A stretch of DNA of 20,000 bases. Origin: Ancylonema sp. Lineage: Eukaryota. The first letter of the stretch is position 1, and every line of letters starts with the position of its first letter. The stretch covers positions 52,191 through 72,190 of the forward strand of contig JBFLGF010000054.1 in the NCBI GenBank assembly GCA_050230475.1. The letters are read 5' to 3'. The notes below the pieces were generated by a model. That model searched no databases, was not told the origin of the DNA, and was given only the letters and a program-made list of their open reading frames with translations. The translations under genes were made by a program, and so were the position numbers. Below, piece by piece: positions 1-10,254 of this stretch.

Positions 1-2
1 GG

Positions 3-107
3 GTTCAGTTTCTGGCGGATCGCGTCCTGGTTGTGGTTCCCTGGGCAGGGAAGGGTTTGCTGCAGGTGGTGGTGGGGAGGATGCCACATAAGAGGTTGGA
101 GAAGGAG
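3..107 (+). CDS. RRN3: RRN3 exon (partial; VQFLADRVLVVVPWAGKGLLQVVVGRMPHKRLEKE)
   Basis: Resembles the LVP...MP segment of RRN3. Donor GAG|gtgggg at 108. The exon probably continues upstream, but an AG at 7-8 could be its acceptor. Confidence 0.75.
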
Positions 108-3100
108 GTGGGGGTGCGGGGGGGAGGGTGGGGGAAAGGGGGGGGGGGGGGGGTGTATTCTGGTATGTGGGTTGGAGTTGTGGAGGGTCTGCTGTGGGGT
201 TTTTTTATAGGGGTTTGGAGGGTTTTTTTGGGGAAGGGTTTTCGAAGGTGGTTATTGACTTTTTGTTCTTTTTTGGGTGGTCAAGGTTGACCAGCGGGTA
301 AAAGTATACCATTCCAATATTCCATTATTATTGATACCATTTTCTGGCCATTAGGGTTCTAGTTCTACTGCCAGGGTTTCCCAGGGCAGAAGATTGCAGA
401 AGTGTACAACGGTTGTTAGTGGGTTTGAATGGTGCTTGTCTTATGGGTGGGGTCTATCTGTTTGGGTTTATTGGGGTTCAGTTCCAATGCATTTACCTGA
501 GTGCTGTCTTGCGTCTTGCCATGAGTCCATCTGGGGAGGCGTTGAAAGACGAGCTTCTGGTGGCAGTGGTTGGGAAACTCATACAGATGGATGTGAGAGA
601 GGGGAAACCTTAAACCCTAAACCCTAAACCCTACACCCTGAACCACTAAACTACGAACCCTGGATATTTAATCCCTACGTTCGAATTCAAGCTTCAAATC
701 TTAAACCTTAATTCTTAAACCTTGAAACGTGAATGTAAAACCCTGAATAAAATTTGAACCTCCAGAGAACCAGGCTTATGAATCCCACCCGATGGCTTGC
801 AGCCTGAACCATCTATTTTGTACGTGAATAAATTACATCTCAAATCATGATCATGATTATAATAATCATGATCTTCATTCGAAAGCTACACCTGTTTACC
901 TTCAAACGTTACACTGTACGCTCGACCTCCAAGACCCAAACCCTCACACCCCCAAATGTTGTCCTCCGTATCCTGATCCTGAATCCATAAATGCACATCA
1001 TATGCACACAAAAATTATCAAAAGACAAATAGGGACGTAAAAACACCAGACTGTGACTCTTAATCCTTAAACCTGACCTTCAAATTCTGAAACCGGCATC
1101 CGATGCTCTAACCCTGGACACTCTGACCATACCATACACCAAACTTAAACCCTACTCCCTCCTCCGTATTCGTCAGTTGCAGACCCTTGAAAAGCACAAT
1201 AACCCTCAGATTAGGAAAACACTACAACCGTAAAAGAACCCTTTAGGAAAAGTTCTACAACAGTTAAATTAAAGGAGGGAGAAGGGAACGATCCCCTCGA
1301 GCATGTGAGGGAGTGGGAAACGCATCACTCAAAATGTTGCGGTTTTTTATTAATTAAGAGGGGGAGAGGGTCCGTGGTGGCTACCAGCCTCAAACTGTTG
1401 GGGTTTGGTTGGGTGGCATCTCCGGTCGCGGTTGGGGGTTGGCAGGTCGATATTCGTTGGGAAGATATTTTGGAGGCGGAGGAGGGGGGCAATGCGGAGA
1501 TGTTTCAAATGGATATGGAAGACGAATCAGATGAGGAGGAGGGGGGAGAGGCAGCATCGCCAGGGGGGGCGGAGGTAAGGATTGGGAGAGAAACTGCAGG
1601 GCTAAGGGATCAAGGTTAAGGGTTGAGGGATCATGGTCTTGGGATACTACTTTCCTGTGAGCTTCCGTAATTGTTTTGGGGTTTCTTGCTCTGGTTTGAT
1701 GACTTTTAAGACCCCCCTTACTGATTATCCTACTTTCAGGGTGTTTGTTTCAAGTTGATTGTATGGTGTTGGGTATGGTTATGGTTATGGTAATGGATAT
1801 GGTTATGGTAATGGTTATAGTTATGGGTATGGTTATGGTTATGGTTATGGTTATAGTTTCGGTTATGGGGCTTTACAGAGGACTTGTTACATGCAACGTT
1901 TCGGGATTTCTCACCCTAAACGTCAATATTTATCTGGGCAACAACCGTGGGCTGCTCTAGGGTTCGTCGTTGCTGTTGTTCCCTTTTTTTTTTTTTCTTT
2001 TTTTTTTATTGTTCTAACATTTAACAGAAAAAAGATTTTCGTGTTTCTTCCCCTGACCCTCACGCCCTCAACTGCCGCCCGTCCGTCTACCCCTCCAGGT
2101 GGCGGGGCCTCACGGGCTGATGGGCATCAAGGGCCGTCAGGTGGCGAGTTTAGATGAGATGGCGGACAAGATGGACTGCTGCATGGAGATGGTGTTCAAC
2201 CACATTCAGGAGCGCGTGGGTAGGGGGGGGGGGGAGGTGGAGGGGGTCTATGAGGCCATGCTCAAGGCGTTTCTGGGCACTGTGATGGAAACACATAGAG
2301 CCAAATTCACGCAGGTGGGGGGGGTTGGGTGGGTGGGTGGGCGGTGGGGGTTAGAGAACTGGGTTGAGGGGGTGAGGGGGTTGGAGATTGAGTTGAGAGG
2401 GGTGAAGATTTGGGACTTGGGGTGGGAGGGTGGGGAATTTTTTTATTCTTGTTCTTTTTTTTTTGGGGTTCAGGGATTGGGGGGTGGGGTGGCATTGTCC
2501 ATGGGAGAACAACACGCCATCTCACTTCTCAATTCTCAAATCCCCGTTTTGCGATTCTCGATAGGGGGGGGGGGGGGGGGGGGGGGGTAGGGGGTAGGGT
2601 TGATTTTAGGACTGAGACTCCCACCCTCTCTTCACCCCCCCCCCCCCTTTCTTTCGTGTTTGTTTGCAGTTTTTGATGTTCTATTTGTGCTCCCTGTCCC
2701 CCACCACCTGCGCCGCTCATTTCTCCTCCCTCCTCTGTGATATTCTCCTGGACAACACCAAATACGTCATCACACGGTAAGGCCACGTTACCCACTCCCT
2801 CTCCCACCCCCACCCCCTCTCCACAGTCTGTCGAACGACGGTGACACGTGTGTTTGAGTGTGTGTGTGTGTGTGTGTGTCCTTCCTGTTGAAATCCCCTG
2901 GAAGGACTGGGTTGGGTTGGGTTGGGTTGGGTTTGCCAGTCTGTCTGCCTCCGCCTACCTGGCAAGTTTCACGGCCCGAGCCAAGTACCTCCCACTGCCC
3001 CTCGTCATGACAGCTGTCGAAAGGTGAGTGGACCTCAACCCACCCTCTTCGTTGGATGTCATTCAATCCAAATCCACGCTACAGTCCGTGCTACAGTCCA

Positions 3101-4082
3101 TGCCCTCTGGTCTCCACGGCTGTAGCTATAGCTGTAGCTGAAGCTGTAGGAGGTTTGACTTTCCAAAATTTGTTATTTGCCAGCATATGATATATTTTCT
3201 CCACCATGCATATACACCAATAAATGTTCATGTCATGTCAAACGTATATGCCATGCCATCGCATGGCAGGTTTGTAGGGGTTCATTTCTCGTCACCTCAG
3301 AATCTGACAGCTTTCGTTGGTGTGGTTCTGCCAGGCTGGCAGCCTGGTGTGTGCGCTACGGGGAGGAGGAGGCTGGTGGCCAACCGCAGCGGTTGGGGGG
3401 AGGGGTGGCATTGTCCATGGGAGAACAACACGCCATATTCTACTCGTCGTGCCAGGTGGCAATCCACCAGTTGACCACTCAGATACTTGGGTTGACCACT
3501 CAGATACGGGAGTCTATCACTCCGTTGACTTTTTGAGAAAAAAAAACTTTGTCCCGTCATTGGTCCTCGTAACCGGTCGCGAGTTGTGGATACAAAACAA
3601 TCCGAATTGTGAAATGGGAATTGGGAATTGGGATTTGGGAATCGAGAATCGCAAAACGGGGATTTGAGAATTGAGAAGTGAGATGGCGTTTTGGGGTTTT
3701 TGGGTGTTTTCTCTCCAGGCTCTCTTCTACATTCTGTGTTATCGAATGCATGAGCTGGCACGGGGGGGGGAGACGGAAGGGAGACTCCGCGCGTTGCCAT
3801 TGGCCCAAATATTGAGGAGTGGATTGAATCCTAGGAGGGTGAGCTTGAGCGAAGGGGGGGATGAGGGGAAATAAAGGGGCACGTGTGGAATGGCCAGATG
3901 GATAGGATACGCGTCGGAAACGCGTCCGATACTTGTGTGGGGCGAAGTGTGGTTGGGATGCTTTCGACGACTAAGTCACGCGAAACACAGCACTTGGTAC
4001 TTGGTCGGTGCATTTATGTTTTCTTGGAAATGGGGATGACGTCATCATGAGGACGTCATCTCTTGGGTGGTTATGGAGATGG

Positions 4083-4152
<70 letters not shown>

Positions 4153-4168
4153 GATGGTGATGATGATA

Positions 4169-4218
<50 letters not shown>

Positions 4219-4234
4219 GATGGTGATGATGATA

Positions 4235-4274
<40 letters not shown>

Positions 4275-5332
4275 CGATGATGATGATGATGATGATGATG
4301 ATAATGATGATGATGATGATGATGACGATGATGACGTCATCGCGTGATGTCTCCCCAGATTGTCCTCGAAAGTGTGGTCGAGGAGTTCAGTCGACAGGCG
4401 AAGGCGCTTCGATTGGTACCCAAAGACTGTTGTGGGGGTGGGGGGGGGGCGGCGGTGGCTGCTCCCCGTGGGGGGGGTGGGGGGGTGGAGGGGTTTGGGG
4501 ACCCGTTGGAGGATGTGCGTGTGGACATGTTCTTCCCGTTTGATCCGTACCTGCTACGACGCTCGAATCGGTGAGTCGGCGCTGGAAGGCAGGGTTGGGG
4601 AGGGAATGGAGAGCAAAGTTGGGATTGTGTTTTGGGCTGTCTTGATTATTTCTTCTTCTTCTTCTTCTTCTTATTTTCCAAAGTAGATATTATGTCCGGT
4701 TTTTCTTTGTCTATGTTGCTATTGTTCTATCGTGGTTTCCTTTTGTTTTTTTTTCCTTCTCCTTTTTTTTCAATATATAGTTATTATTATGATGAGTGGT
4801 ATTATGTGTGTAACTATGTATGTTACTTTTTGTTTTTTTTGGTTCGCCCCCCATTTGATGTTTTGCAAGGGTGGGCAACAGTTTTGTGAAACCGATTTTC
4901 ACAAAGTGGCATCAATTCGAGTACGAGGAGGCACAACCATCCGAGAGCAGAGGGGGGGGGCAAGGGGACACGGGATCAGATTTGGAGGTGAGAGAGACAG
5001 AGGGTATCGACGCGGATTCAGGAAGCGAATCCGATTCGAAAGAGAGTAACGAGTCGGATTCGGAATCCGCGTCGGATGCGGATGAAGATGTGGCGAATCG
5101 GATGGTGTGTAGCCTGCAGAGTGACCACTCCATACCTTGGGCGAGCAGTCTAGAAGAACGAGGGAGGGGGTTGGGGGGCAACGATGGGGTGGGGGGGGGG
5201 GGGGTTAGTGATGATGGCTGGAATTTTGGGGCGATGTCCATTTCTCCCGAAATCGGGTTGAGGAGAATGCCTCCCGTACTCCCACTCAAACCTAGAGTTG
5301 TTTCGCGGACAACAAGTAGAAAGTTCGGGTAG
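3..5332 (+). CDS. RRN3: RNA polymerase I-specific transcription initiation factor RRN3 (spliced, 5' part outside window)
   Basis: Exons <3-107, 482-592, 1446-1574, 2099-2314, 2670-2776, 2940-3023, 3335-3455, 3719-3838, 4359-4570 and 4882-5332 join through GT-AG introns into one open frame (1656 nt). Motifs recalled from plant RRN3: MDVDIRWEDI, DKMD, KFTQFLMFYLCSL, SAYLASFTARAKYL, HAIFYSSCQALFYILCYRM, LNP, DMFFPFDPYLL, acidic tail, MSISP. Confidence 0.93.
482..592 (+). CDS. RRN3: RRN3 exon (FQCIYLSAVLRLAMSPSGEALKDELLVAVVGKLIQMD)
   Basis: ttcag| acceptor, |gtgaga donor, phase 0/0. Confidence 0.88.
605..745 (+). repeat. interstitial plant telomere-type repeat (AAACCCT)n, degenerate
   Basis: Three perfect AAACCCT units at 612-632 followed by decaying units, at the 5' end of an RRN3 intron. 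Confidence 0.8.
1446..1574 (+). CDS. RRN3: RRN3 exon (VDIRWEDILEAEEGGNAEMFQMDMED...)
   Basis: ggcag| acceptor, |gtaagg donor. Conserved D.EI.W.DI and MF.M motifs. Confidence 0.9.
1762..1868 (+). repeat. (GGTTAT)n hexamer microsatellite, intronic
   Basis: Direct tandem repeat, imperfect. Confidence 0.9.
2099..2314 (+). CDS. RRN3: RRN3 exon (...DEMADKMDCCMEMVFNHI...THRAKFTQ)
   Basis: ctccag| acceptor, CAG|gtgggg donor. KFTQ motif. Confidence 0.88.
2670..2776 (+). CDS. RRN3: RRN3 exon (FLMFYLCSLSPTTCAAHFSSLLCDILLDNTKYVITR)
   Basis: tttgcag| acceptor, CG|gtaagg donor. Not in the ORF track; translated by hand. Confidence 0.9.
2849..2933 (+). repeat. (GT)n and (GGGTT)n microsatellites, intronic
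   Basis: Seen directly. Confidence 0.85.
2940..3023 (+). CDS. RRN3: RRN3 exon (LSASAYLASFTARAKYLPLPLVMTAVER)
   Basis: gccag| acceptor, AG|gtgagt donor. AYLAS..AR.K.L motif. Confidence 0.9.
3335..3455 (+). CDS. RRN3: RRN3 exon (LAAWCVRYGEEE...EQHAIFYSSCQ)
   Basis: gccag| acceptor, CAG|gtggca donor. H.IFYS.CQ motif. Confidence 0.88.
3719..3838 (+). CDS. RRN3: RRN3 exon (ALFYILCYRMHELARG...ILRSGLNPRR)
   Basis: ctccag| acceptor, |gtgagc donor. A.FYILCYR and LNP motifs. Confidence 0.9.
4078..4335 (+). repeat. long (GAT)n trinucleotide microsatellite, intronic
   Basis: About 86 triplets with GGT/AAT/GAC interruptions, inside RRN3 intron 3839-4358. Confidence 0.97.
4359..4570 (+). CDS. RRN3: RRN3 exon (IVLESVVEEFSRQAK...DMFFPFDPYLLRRSNR)
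   Basis: ccccag| acceptor, CG|gtgagt donor. FFPFDP hallmark. Confidence 0.92.
4882..5332 (+). CDS. RRN3: RRN3 last exon (FVKPIFTKW, acidic tail, MSISP)
   Basis: caacag| acceptor, TAG stop at 5330-5332. Confidence 0.88.
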
Positions 5333-8038
5333 ATTCCGGTAATAGATACTGCTAATTTCAGAGAGTTTATTCGTTTTTTATGCGACATGGTGCGTACCAT
5401 GGAAGTGTCTAAAAGTGCAACTTCGTTGGTGGGATACATGTTTGTGGAGTATTGATTTGTGTTTGTCTCGAGATGTGCAATCTCCAGACTCGGGTATAAA
5501 ATGCATCTCAGTAGAGAACATGGTTTTTTAAGCCAGCAAAAATGACATTAAAAGCGATCACCTTGCAAAACCTTCAAGACTTCAAAACCTCGTAATTGAC
5601 GATAATCGTCAGAATACATGATTTTAGATTGAAATGTTTTATTTGACCGCATTGGCGGCTTTGAAAAACGGCAATCCCGTACCATAATTCGAGACACTGC
5701 ACCTCTTGTCATAATTGTTTGTGTGATGGTTGGTTTAGAAGGCATGTGTGAACTCACGTGGTACCAATGTGCATCATGTGTGTGTTTCATATGTTCTTGT
5801 ATTCTTTATGTCATTATATATGTTGGCTTAAAACAAAAAAACACAGAAGTTGAAGCAAACTACAATTTTATTCGATGAAAATCGTCAACATTTCGCCCTC
5901 ATTATTTGAGAGTACACTAAGATTTCAAACTTGGAGTCTTGGCATTAACTTCAAGAGGTGAAGGCAAGATTTGGAATTGCCGAATATCGGCGTACGTTAT
6001 TCGCATAGGCAAAGCCAGCACAACTGTGGGGTCGTGAGTCATACGTAGTCTTCAACATAACACGATAACGTCAATCGACAGACAAAAAACGAAAACGGCA
6101 AAAGGCAAACAACAAACGGCAAACGGAAATTGACTTACCATATAAATAGTTGGGGGTAGTAATTCGACACGTGCATGCAACACATGTCATCATTGCCCTT
6201 TCTTTGATATATTAGTACCATACCCCACATTTTGAAGTTGTCCATTTTCCGACTTATCATGACTTGTAAAGGTGCTCATACATACGACGACCTAATAGCT
6301 TCTACCGGTTCTATCATTCGCGAATCATGGGAAACAAATGCCAAAATGTCATAGTCTTTGTTTGTCTTGTGTATAAAATTCTCGTCACATAGCACAATAA
6401 GAAACTAAAGCGCCGGGATATCATACCATATTCCTTTTATTTCACAACAGAGAGATTGCATAAACATGAACTTCGTTTCCGAATAGAGAATGCGGTTCTT
6501 ATGACCATTTTTTTATTTCTTTTCGGTTGGAGCCTTGAAATGTATCAAGCTTGTATGGTAGCATGTACAATGTAGGACTAGCACTCTTTGCACTCTTGAA
6601 CGAAAGGTACTTGAAGCACATCCAATCTCCTCCATCAACATGAAATCCATACACCTCATGCAAACACCTCATAGCTTTGCGCAACAAACAGGAATAGGTA
6701 TGACTTGGAACCTCTTCAACTTTGCGCCCTAAGTGCCAAACAGAATTCAAAGCGAATCCGGGTGAAAAATGTGCAAATACGAGTCAAAGCGCCCTCCGGA
6801 CCTGATTGATGAATTGGGGACACGTTTGAACATGTGAGTTTGAAATGTGGCAATGTTGTCGCATGGTTGACTGAAGAAAACTACGTGGAGTGAACACATT
6901 TTGATTGATATTGTTTTGTGGATAAAACTGTGGATAAAGTTGTACACACAAGTTGACACAACCGTGTTAACAAATTTCCTTTGGAATATCGGTAGAAATT
7001 CAATATACCTCCATCACTGACTTCCCGGGACTAATACCAGTTTCTAAAATCCTTCAAAGTTAAAGAGTCCATTACGAATCTCTTTACGTATAAAAAGTGG
7101 GTGGACGAGGTTATAAAGAGTGTCATGTGTAAAGGAAACTAAGACATTCAAGTTTGGAATTTCAAAAACGATGGTGCCCGTTTTGTGCAGAAGGTATAAA
7201 AATCGGAAGTCCCTTTCGGAGAGAGGAAGTAAGGTGCGTAAATTATTGTATGTCAACATGTTGTGGCTCATACCAATCATAGAGACTCTCAATGTCCTAT
7301 AATGATTTGAGTGGCAATTCAGGAAAAAGTGAGTATCACCAGAAACATAAAATTTCCCACGAAGGAAAAATGCGAACAAAATCTGACATAGCCATTACTT
7401 CCCTCGAGGCGAACACCTCTCGTGCTAAAGAACAAAATAGTAACATTACATACAAAAGTACAAGGCAATATCAACTAGCCAATGAAAGGATAATCCGCTT
7501 CCGTTCTACCTTCACAAAACCAGCACTGGATTTAGCACCAGGCTAAATCAGCCATCAGTCACCAGTCACCAGTCACCAGCATCTCTTAAAAAAAGTGTAT
7601 CTTACTTATCGCACTACGACACTCATAATTTACATGGACATTTCCTGCCCCTACCATAGTGGGCGGTATCGTCAGCATTCTTATGCTGTCTAAACACAAG
7701 TTCATTTGGATAGGACAATCTAGGAGCGTGCAGTGCGCCATTGCTCCTGTTGAGCTAAGCTACGACAACAAGCTGGTGCTTCCGGCGGGTCGTAACATCG
7801 ATGGTTGACGTCTCAGGGACCGCCCATGAGAAAAAAGTCAGCCACAAGCACCGTTGCACGGCTTCGACAATATTTTCGAACAATGAGTGCATGAGATGCC
7901 GTGATGTCGCATCAAAGTGTAAGCGTCTTGGAGTTGATAGCTGGCGAGATGTAGCCAACCGAGGGTGACTTATATATATTATTTTGGAAGAGTGGGGGGA
8001 CACCGAGAAAGTACGAAACTTGAGGGGGATAACAGATT

Positions 8039-8287
8039 TCAGGAGTAATATCGTTGAACACTCTCGTCGTCGTCTAAAGGTGGCCCGTACTCTGAGGTTT
8101 CGGACCTGTGGCTGCCACCCAGCTCCATGTCAACATCGTCATCGGAATCCCATGACTCAACGTCTGTGGTTCCAGTCTTCTGGCAGACCGCGACGAAGAC
8201 AAGAATTACACCGCAGACGATAGGAAAGACGGTCAGCATAACAGCAAAAATAATTTCAGGTCCGGAGATGGTGCGGTACCCCGACAT
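8039..8287 (-). CDS. possible small single-pass membrane protein (82 aa), unverified
   Basis: ATG in aagATGT context. One hydrophobic stretch (IIFAVMLTVFPIVCGVILVFVAVC) followed by an acidic tail. No recognised homology. Confidence 0.3.
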   Translation of the reverse strand: MSGYRTISGPEIIFAVMLTVFPIVCGVILVFVAVCQKTGTTDVESWDSDDDVDMELGGSHRSETSEYGPPLDDDESVQRYYS

Positions 8288-9360
8288 CTTGTATGTATCA
8301 CGTGCAGAAAACTGGCGGCAGGTGACGGCCCTCGGGGAGCACGTAAGGTCTGGGAAAGCGCGGTATGAAATGACTGCAAAATTTGATGTATCGAATCTCG
8401 TACTTCAGAGATCTCGGTCAGACGTGCCGAATTGGTGCGTGCTGCAAGCAGAGCGTCTGTAAACACCAAAGAATCATGTGCTTCCATATAGAATTTCGAA
8501 CGCCTATTCAAATGGAAGACTGGGCTGCTTGGAGGGAAATGGTATCAGAATTCTAGCGTACAGGGTGCACTTGAAGCAACCTTCTCCAACAGGCGAACGT
8601 GTGTAATGTTGAGGAGCGCAGCTGAAGGATCTGGAGTGAAAACTAGACTGGCAGCGAAGACGACCTCGTACCTTGCGGACCCTCGTGCAACTTTTCGTAC
8701 GGAGTGCAAAATGCCAACAGGTATTCAGTACAGAACGTACGGTATTCCGGCCGTACAGGTAGCGTGTCCAACGACCAGTGTACTTTGCCCGACTTCAGGT
8801 CCACCGCTTGACGCGGATACAGTTAGTCGGTAGATACGGAAGATAGAGCCGTACAGTGTGGAACTCAGTGCCGTTACATGAACAGTAACGGTACAGCGCG
8901 GTGATATGACTGCTGTCAAAAATGTACCCGCTTTATGAGTCTCCCACCTGTCGGTGAGGTGCGGAAGTTCACCGTACAGCCACTCGGGATACAGCCGGCC
9001 GTTTCTCCACTCCCGCCTCGGCAACAAGTAGGGTGGGGACAATGGGGGGGGAACTCCGCAAAAAGTGAGCGGGTTCGACGCACCGCAGCTTCCGATATAA
9101 CGCTCGAAATACTTCAAAAACAATTGATGACAGATTTAGTCTAGAGCTTCAAAACGCACTTTTTATATAAAACAATCGACGATATAAAACAATCGATGAC
9201 TGACGGTCTAGCTACGGGCGTTTTCGTGGCGAAAAAGTGAGTGAGCCACGCTCGTGCGCCAAATTCCAAGAAATGAGGCTTTTGAAGGGTTTTCAACGGA
9301 TGAACGTGGACTTGACGGAAGTGAACGAGAATTCTAGTGAAAAATGAACGATTTTTTTTT

Positions 9361-10165
9361 GGGGAAAACTTATCAGCATGTTGTTTTCCTTATCGGCACG
9401 CAGTCGGAAAATTGAGTACCGGCTGGTAAATTGGTCGTTCGAAACTTGCCCTAAGCAAGAATCGGATGACGATATTTCCACATCGGCGAAACGAACATGA
9501 GGGCTGGTAGCCTCCCTGTCCACTCAGATCGGCCTTTACTGCACGCTAAACTCCGCTAGCGAACCTTTCAATGCAGGCTATCGTCCTCCGCAGCCTTCAA
9601 TTTATGCGATCTGCGCGAATTCGCAACCAAATTGAAAGCGGAGATACAATATGTAATACTTTATTTAAATTTCTCTTATATTATTTTTACGCGACAAATT
9701 TCTGACGCTAGTATATATCACAGCTAACGAAATAGTAAAATGGTTAGAAAACGCGCGCAACCAACATAATAGGAAGGATTGAAGTATTTTAATTTTTTTT
9801 CTCTTCCGAATGTACACAAGACTGTCATTGTAACAGACTCATCTTAAAATTTTAGAGAATGGTGGGCTGTGCTCTCGATGCGGATATGAATCGTGGCAGC
9901 CTAGGAAGTATAGAAAGCGCCGTGCGTAGTATCGGGAGTGGCCCTGGGTCGGGTGACGCTTATTCACGTACAGCGACGATTTGCCACTCCCTAGTCGCGA
10001 TAAAGCGAGATGATACCAAAATTAACGACGGTAACGATTTCATGCGTGGTACCGGGAGACTACCGAGCGATTTGACGGCAAGCTTCGAACGGCCAGAACG
10101 CCGACCGGTACTCGATTTGACGACTGCATGCGGATAAGGAAAACTCCATGCTCATAAGTTTTCCC
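9361..10165. mobile_element. non-autonomous Mutator-like (MULE) element
   Basis: Ungapped TIRs 9362-9450 and 10077-10165 (72/89 identical by manual count) starting GGGAAAACTTAT. Flanks ttttttttt / tttttttct fit a 9-bp TSD. Confidence 0.8.
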
Positions 10166-10220
10166 TTTTTTTCTCCCCTCTGTTTTTTTTTATTGTCAAA
10201 TGACTTATGCAAATGACTTT

Positions 10221-10254
10221 GGGAACTTTATTAGGGAACTTTATTAGGGAACTT
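10221..10254 (+). repeat. 13-bp tandem repeat (GGGAACTTTATTA)
   Basis: About 2.6 copies seen directly. Confidence 0.8.

Noticed and set aside
1745..2157. GY-repeat (glycine-rich-protein-like) and VM-repeat ORFs
   Set aside because: Translations of the intronic (GGTTAT)n repeat.
3470..3506. 17-bp direct repeat GTTGACCACTCAGATAC (two copies) as a CRISPR-like or regulatory array
   Set aside because: Only two adjacent copies in a eukaryotic intron; a simple local duplication.
4063..4543. Poly-Asp, poly-Met and poly-Ser ORFs
   Set aside because: Translations of the intronic (GAT)n microsatellite. RRN3 splices cleanly around it.
4912..5439. 175-aa minus-strand ORF
   Set aside because: Antisense shadow of the RRN3 last exon.
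6499..7546. Short ORFs as possible LINE or pseudogene remnant
   Set aside because: No RT, endonuclease or other recognisable motif in the frames examined. A BLASTx search would be needed.
8606..9144. Overlapping ORFs on both strands
   Set aside because: No homology recognised and no consistent splice structure.
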